Origin: Octopus vulgaris
Lineage: Eukaryota
Direction: 5' to 3'
Assembly: GCA_951406725.2 (NCBI GenBank)
Contig: OX597835.1
Coordinates: 7,502,001-7,566,000, forward strand
Length of the DNA: 64,000 nucleotides
Of this stretch, positions 58,734 to 64,000 are shown in pieces. The stretch's first letter is position 1, and every line of letters begins with the position of its first letter. The position numbers were made by a program, and so were the translations under genes. Below the pieces are notes generated by a model. That model had not been told where the DNA came from, did not search any database, and worked only from the letters and a program-made list of their open reading frames with translations.

Positions 58734-58755
58734 CTTTTAGTCATATTACTCAAAC
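58734..58755 (-). CDS. Candidate 22-nt micro-exon encoding the propeptide (G)LSNMTK(R)
   Basis: cttctgtag|GTTTGAGTAATATGACTAAAAG|gtaaga. Phase 1 in and phase 2 out join the other two exons exactly and create KR directly before the mature domain. The polypyrimidine tract is short. Confidence 0.5.
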
Positions 58756-59457
58756 CTACAGAAGCTCCTCTCTGTTGACGGATGGAACCGACATCTGAAA
58801 GAAATATTGAAATACATATGGAAGCATTAAAAGTCTATTTACCAAAGTTTCGTGTAGAAATACACAAAATACCCATGAAGCACTCAACAGGTAATTCATT
58901 GAATAGAGGAAAACGTATTTACGGTAAGACGATCTGAAACAAGATGCAGGATCACGAAGACTGGAACTCGAAGTTCCTCACTCCTACACTTAAATATGGC
59001 TCATCACTGTAGTGATGGATGTTTTTAATACATAAAAGGAGATAAAAAAAACCCCAAAGGAGCAATAAAAAGGAATGACAAGAAGACAAACAAAAGACAC
59101 GTGAAACATTATATATACAGCACTTGCTAAATCTCTTCTGTTATTAGTTTAATAATTAAGAATTCTAAGGGCGGCGGTGGAGAGCTTGCAGAATGGTTAG
59201 CTTGACGAGCAAGGTGCTTAGTGTCTTTTCGTTCGTGTTTACGTTCTGAATCAAATACAGGAGTAAGAGATGAGAGCACACCACTAGAATCCTTCCCGAT
59301 TTGTATCAGTCATGTTGTTAATTAAATGTTATATTTTATATATAAGAATCTTAATTCCGTATACTTGGTCTATGTGTAGTGTTGATAAATAGAGTTATTT
59401 ATTTAAAAGCTGTATTTGCATATAAATGGGGTACACCCGAAACACCGTTAAGGCAAC

Positions 59458-60196
59458 TATATTCATTTTCCTAGAGCGAGCTGGCAGACACGTTAGCGTA
59501 CCGGGCGAAATGCTTAGCGGTATTTCGTCAGACGTTACGTTCTGAGTTCAAATTCCGCCGAGGTAGACTTTTCCTTTCATCCTTTCGGGGTCGATAAATA
59601 AAGTACCAGTTTCGCACTGGGGTCGATGTAATCGACTTAATCCCTTTGTCTGTCCTTGTTTGTCCCCTCTATGTTTAGCCCCTTGTGGGTAGTAAAGAAA
59701 TATATATTCATTTTCCTAGAGCGAGCTGGCAGACACGTTAGCGTACCGGGCGGAATGCTTAGCGGTATATCGTCTGTCGTTACGTTCTGAGTTCAAATTC
59801 CGCCGAGGTCGACTTTGCCTTTCATCCTTTCGGGGTCGATAAATAAAGTACCAGTTTCGCACTGGGGTCGATGTAATCGACTTAATCCCTTTGTCTGTCC
59901 TTGTTTGTCCCCTCTATGTTTAGCCCCTTGTGGGTAGTAAAGAAATATATATTCATTTTCCTAGAGCGAGCTGGCAGACACGTTAGCGTACCGGGCGGAA
60001 TGCTTAGCGGTATATCGTCTGTCGTTACGTTCTGAGTTCAAATTCCGCCGAGGTCGACTTTGCCTTTCATCCTTTCGGGGTCGATAAATAAAAGTACCAG
60101 TTTCGCACTGGGGTCGATGTAATCGACTTAATCCGTTTGTCTGTCCTCTAAGTTTAGCCCCTTGTGGGTAGTAAAGAAATATATATTCATTTTCCT
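59458..60196 (+). mobile_element. Tandem trimer of SINE family B
   Basis: tatattcattttcct at 59458, 59703, 59948 and 60182 separates three near-identical SINE copies (periods 245, 245, 234). Confidence 0.9.
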
Positions 60197-60280
60197 CCTT
60201 CCCGCCCTTCTATTTTCCGCCTTTTCTCCCACTACATTTCGGATTGCTATAAAATAAAAGAAATTTCTAATTATACTTAC

Positions 60281-60344
60281 CTTGTTTATCCGAGAAGGTG
60301 TATGAAATGAATACACAAAACAGTAGGACACTGATACCTTTCAT
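60281..60344 (-). CDS. First coding exon (signal peptide) of the knottin precursor
   Basis: Acceptor ctctcgttatcatcag| (exon starts 60351), ATG at 60344, MKGISVLLFCVFISYTFSDKQ (basic N-terminus, hydrophobic core, small residues before the predicted cleavage), strong phase-1 donor AAG|gtaagt. Confidence 0.72.
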
Positions 60345-61217
60345 CACGCACCTGATGATAACGAGAGTGATTAATACAAAAGCATTTTTCTTAGAAAATA
60401 AGCAAAAGTCTACAGCTGGAAATTTAGGTAACAATTATCTTTTAGCTGTTCAAATATATTTCACTAAAAATCCAAGATTTACCATTTAAACAATAAGTAA
60501 TATGGCTAATTTAATTGCATCAACAGAACTAATGTAGATTTAATTACAAATGTGAATATATAATTTAGGAGAAGATGACGTCTTCGAAGCATTTGTCCAT
60601 AAATATTCCCCATATTGTTAACAGTGAATGAAATATTCTTACTTCAAGTATATCTAGCTTCTATAGCTATATTATTTTCATTTCAGCAATCAAAACAATT
60701 ATGAGATGTTTGTCAGTTGCAGTTGGTGGAATGTTGTATGTGAAATGCACTCAGTCAAATGTATTTTCACTGTTTTCTTCAACCCAAATCAAACTTTCCA
60801 GCACATTTCACTGTATAAACGGTTGCACTGGTATCTAACAATCTAAGACTATACCTGACTAAATGCAATTGCTTGATGCTGAATACATGTGTCATGTTAT
60901 CCTCACATAGAAATATGATTATCATGTATATCTTTATAAATACAATACTTTCTGGAAGAGCATCATATTACGTGTCTCTTTTAATTAATGGTCTTACTAT
61001 TGTTTTTATTTATGAGGGATGTCAACGACTAAACTGGGCAAGGAAAAACTAAGAATCGATGAAGAAGTACTCCAGTTATACGTCTCATATCAGAAAAAGG
61101 TTACGCATGACGGCTTTGCTCTAAATACGGGACAGTATTCAGTAACTGTCAAAAAATATCATCAAGATTCTACATTCATCATTTAGATATAGCATTGTTA
61201 CCAAACACGCACGCACA

Positions 61218-61280
<63 letters not shown>

Positions 61281-61885
61281 AACTAAAAACGCTATATGGA
61301 AAACACATTGTTTTAACTGCTATGACAAAGCTACTCCAGAACCAGAATATATTCACACGATTTTAAACAAGGAATAATGGTCAATCAACTTAATACAAAC
61401 AGCAGCCTACGGATAGCAAAATTGGTCAAATAGTGTTCTATGGAAAAGAGGGAAGCAGTTGGCCAGTGTTTCAAAGATCAGCAGTTTGTTGGATTTGAAT
61501 GTTTTGACATAAAGTAAGAAAACAGGAAAATCTTTCGTAAAATAATGAGAAATGTATAACACAAACATCCAGCCAAAATAGTTTCACTTGTTTCTTAGCA
61601 AACGATTTACAATAATTAAAAAACAAAATTTACGAAAGCTCGACTTCATCCAAAACTTAAGGGGTCTACTGATTCCCTTTCATCAAATACAATCGATTTG
61701 ATGTAAAGTGGAAATCAGAGAATCATTCCGGTTATCCTCTCTCTTTGCAGATCTTGGATTGTACACATGCAAACAGGCAACAAACGGTTTAAGCTCTGCC
61801 ACTACCGCCATCATCATTACCATAACTGTGTAATGCTATTACTTAATCACATACAGACGCAAAGAATAATTTAAATGTTACATAC

Positions 61886-61987
61886 TTGTTAGATTCGAAC
61901 GGTATTTTACAAACAGCTCAGTAGACTTTCTCTTGTGCAAAGTTCAAACTGGTTGATGAGGGTTGTGTAGTGCTAGTTATACACTGA
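61886..61987 (-). other. Possible non-coding 5' UTR exon / transcription start of the knottin gene
   Basis: The signal exon has an acceptor upstream of its ATG, so an upstream exon is implied. Donor-like AACAA|gtatgt at 61886 and Inr-like TCAGT at 61987-61983. Confidence 0.22.
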
Positions 61988-62406
61988 ACACCGTTAAATT
62001 TTTTTGCTCCAGCTGTCGTTTTCTTTTCTATTCTTGAAGTTGTACACGCTGTGTTTTCACTTATTCTTTACACACACACACACACATCTATATAAATATA
62101 TATATATCTGTGTGTGTGCGTGCGCATGTGTGTATACATACATACAACCACGTGCATATGCATATATATATAAATATATATATGTATATATGTATGTATG
62201 CAAGTATGTACGTCCGTATGTATGTATGCATCTATGTATGTATGTATGTATGTATGCATGTGTGTATTTTTGTCGATGAGAAGTGTAGCTACATGTTTTG
62301 ACAAATATCGCCACAAAGTCGTTCATATAATTAACACAACCCATTACTTATCTTTTTCACAAATAGAAGATGACACAGAAACATAAGCACACACACACAC
62401 ACACAC

Positions 62407-62453
<47 letters not shown>

Positions 62454-62887
62454 ATATATATATAGCAGCGTACGTATAATTTGTTCTCTTATATGTACGT
62501 ACACTTGTCATTAAATTTTGAACGACTTCTTCAACACACTCTCTCTCTCTCCCCTCTCTCACATTTCTTTGCCTTTCTTACTTTACCCTTCTCCGTGTCA
62601 CTATCTCTCTTTTTTTCTCACCACTCCTTGATTCTTCCGTCTACACACACTCTCTCTCTTCTCTACCTCTTTGGTTCCTTTGTTACTCTTTGTTCTCTCT
62701 CTTCTCCGCTCACGTGACCGTTGACCGACCGTCAGCCCTTTTTTGTTTGACCACGGTCACTGCCACATCGACATCCCTCCCTCTGCCGTAAGGCTTAATA
62801 CTCAACACGCCAGCTGAATTCAATTTGTCTCCAGTCAAATGACGCCTGTTATAATGTCCTGTTATTATTATTATTATTATTATTATT

Positions 62888-64000
62888 CAGTAGTTTTATT
62901 TTTATTTTTATAGCGTGCTTTCACTTCACTACCGAGCGCAGCTCTGTGTGCCTTGGGTATGTGCTGTGATTTGTTGTGATGCTCTGATGGTTATTGTATG
63001 GAAAGTGTTCTGCGTAGGATGTGTGCAGTGCCTAGTAGTGCAATTTTCTGTATGTTATATGTGTTTGTAAGTCCTGGTGTTTTTGTTATGTATTTGTCTG
63101 AATATTTTTTTATCATGCCTAATGCACCTACTATGATAGGAATTGTTTCTGTTTTCAGATTCCACATTCTAGTTACCTCTATTTCCAGGTCGTTGTATTT
63201 TGAGAGTTTCTCCATTTCTTTTAGAGACACGTTGTCATCTGCCGGTACTGATACATCAATTAGAAAGCATTTTTTTCTTCATGGTCTCTGACAACTATAT
63301 CTGGTCTGTTGGCCTTAATTTCTCTATCTGTGTGTATCGGCATATCCCAGAGTATGGTTGCTTTCTCGTTTTCTGTGACCTTTTCTGGTGTGTGCCTATA
63401 CCATCCTTTTTCTGTTGTTATTCCATAATGTTGGCATAGCTTCCAATGTATGTAGGTTCCAACTCTGTCATGTCTGTGAATATATTCCTTCTTAGCCAGG
63501 ACTGGGCAGCTAGAGATAATATGATTTATTGTTTCTTGTCCATCTCCACATATTCTGCAGTTACTTGTAATATTTCTTTTCATTACATGTTTTTGGTAAT
63601 TTCTGGTGGGGAGGCTTTGGTCTTGTGCTGCAATTAAAAATCCCTCTGTTTCTGCTTTGAGTCCTGAGCTTCTCAACCATTGCTGGGATTTTTCTTTGTC
63701 TATTTCTTTTGCGTTTAGTTTAGTCCAGTATTTACCATGAAGGGGCTTTTCTTGCCATCGTTTTATCATGGTTCGTTGCTGTTCTATTTTTAGTTTGGAT
63801 TTCATTTTTTTTATAGCTTTTGTTGTTTCTTCATCTTCTTCTTCTTCTTCTTCATGTTTATTAGGTGGTATGATTTCTTGTTTGTATTTGTCAGCTTCCT
63901 TAAATACTGAGAACAGTTTTTTGTTTTGCTCGTGTTTTGCCGCTATCTGGATCAGTTTTCCTTCCTTCTGAAGTAGATATTTTTGCAGTCCTATGGTGGT
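62888..64000 (-). mobile_element. R4/Dong-clade non-LTR retrotransposon, 3' end (continues beyond window)
   Basis: WQEKPLHGKY...CRICGDGQETINHIISSC (CCHC), RHDRV, ILWD..RPDIVV..IDV..KLSKY restriction-like endonuclease; one frameshift near 63270; 3' end joins (TAA)n at 62862-62887, the known Dong target. Confidence 0.9.

Noticed and set aside
58782-58937. Plus-strand ORF containing serpin-like VYLPKFRVE
   Set aside because: Short, no other serpin motifs; adjacent sequence (58900-59030) looks more like a decayed Tc1 fragment.

Overview
AT-rich, repeat-dominated animal DNA. The SINE families and the dense (TA)n/(CA)n/(CATA)n and trinucleotide microsatellites point to a cephalopod (Octopus-like) genome; this is inferred, not confirmed by search. 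Nearly all ORFs in the supplied track are microsatellite translations. Recognisable mobile elements are degraded Penelope-like elements (PLE), Tc1/mariner elements and MITEs, a Tx1/L1-type LINE remnant, a CR1-like LINE end, non-autonomous Helitrons, four tRNA-derived SINE families and the 3' end of an R4/Dong retrotransposon. Two things are absent from the ORF track. (1) A spliced minus-strand gene (exons 60344-60281, probably 58755-58734, and 54738-54543) encoding a 93-aa precursor: signal peptide, short propeptide ending in KR, an 8-Cys agatoxin-type inhibitor cystine knot and a hydrophobic C-terminal tail resembling a GPI signal, i.e. a candidate membrane-tethered toxin-like knottin. (2) About a dozen minimal type-I hammerhead ribozyme motifs in unrelated short elements next to (TA)n tracts, plus several asymmetric fold-back hairpins at (TA)n, consistent with PLE-driven non-autonomous elements. 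All calls were read by eye and need computational confirmation.
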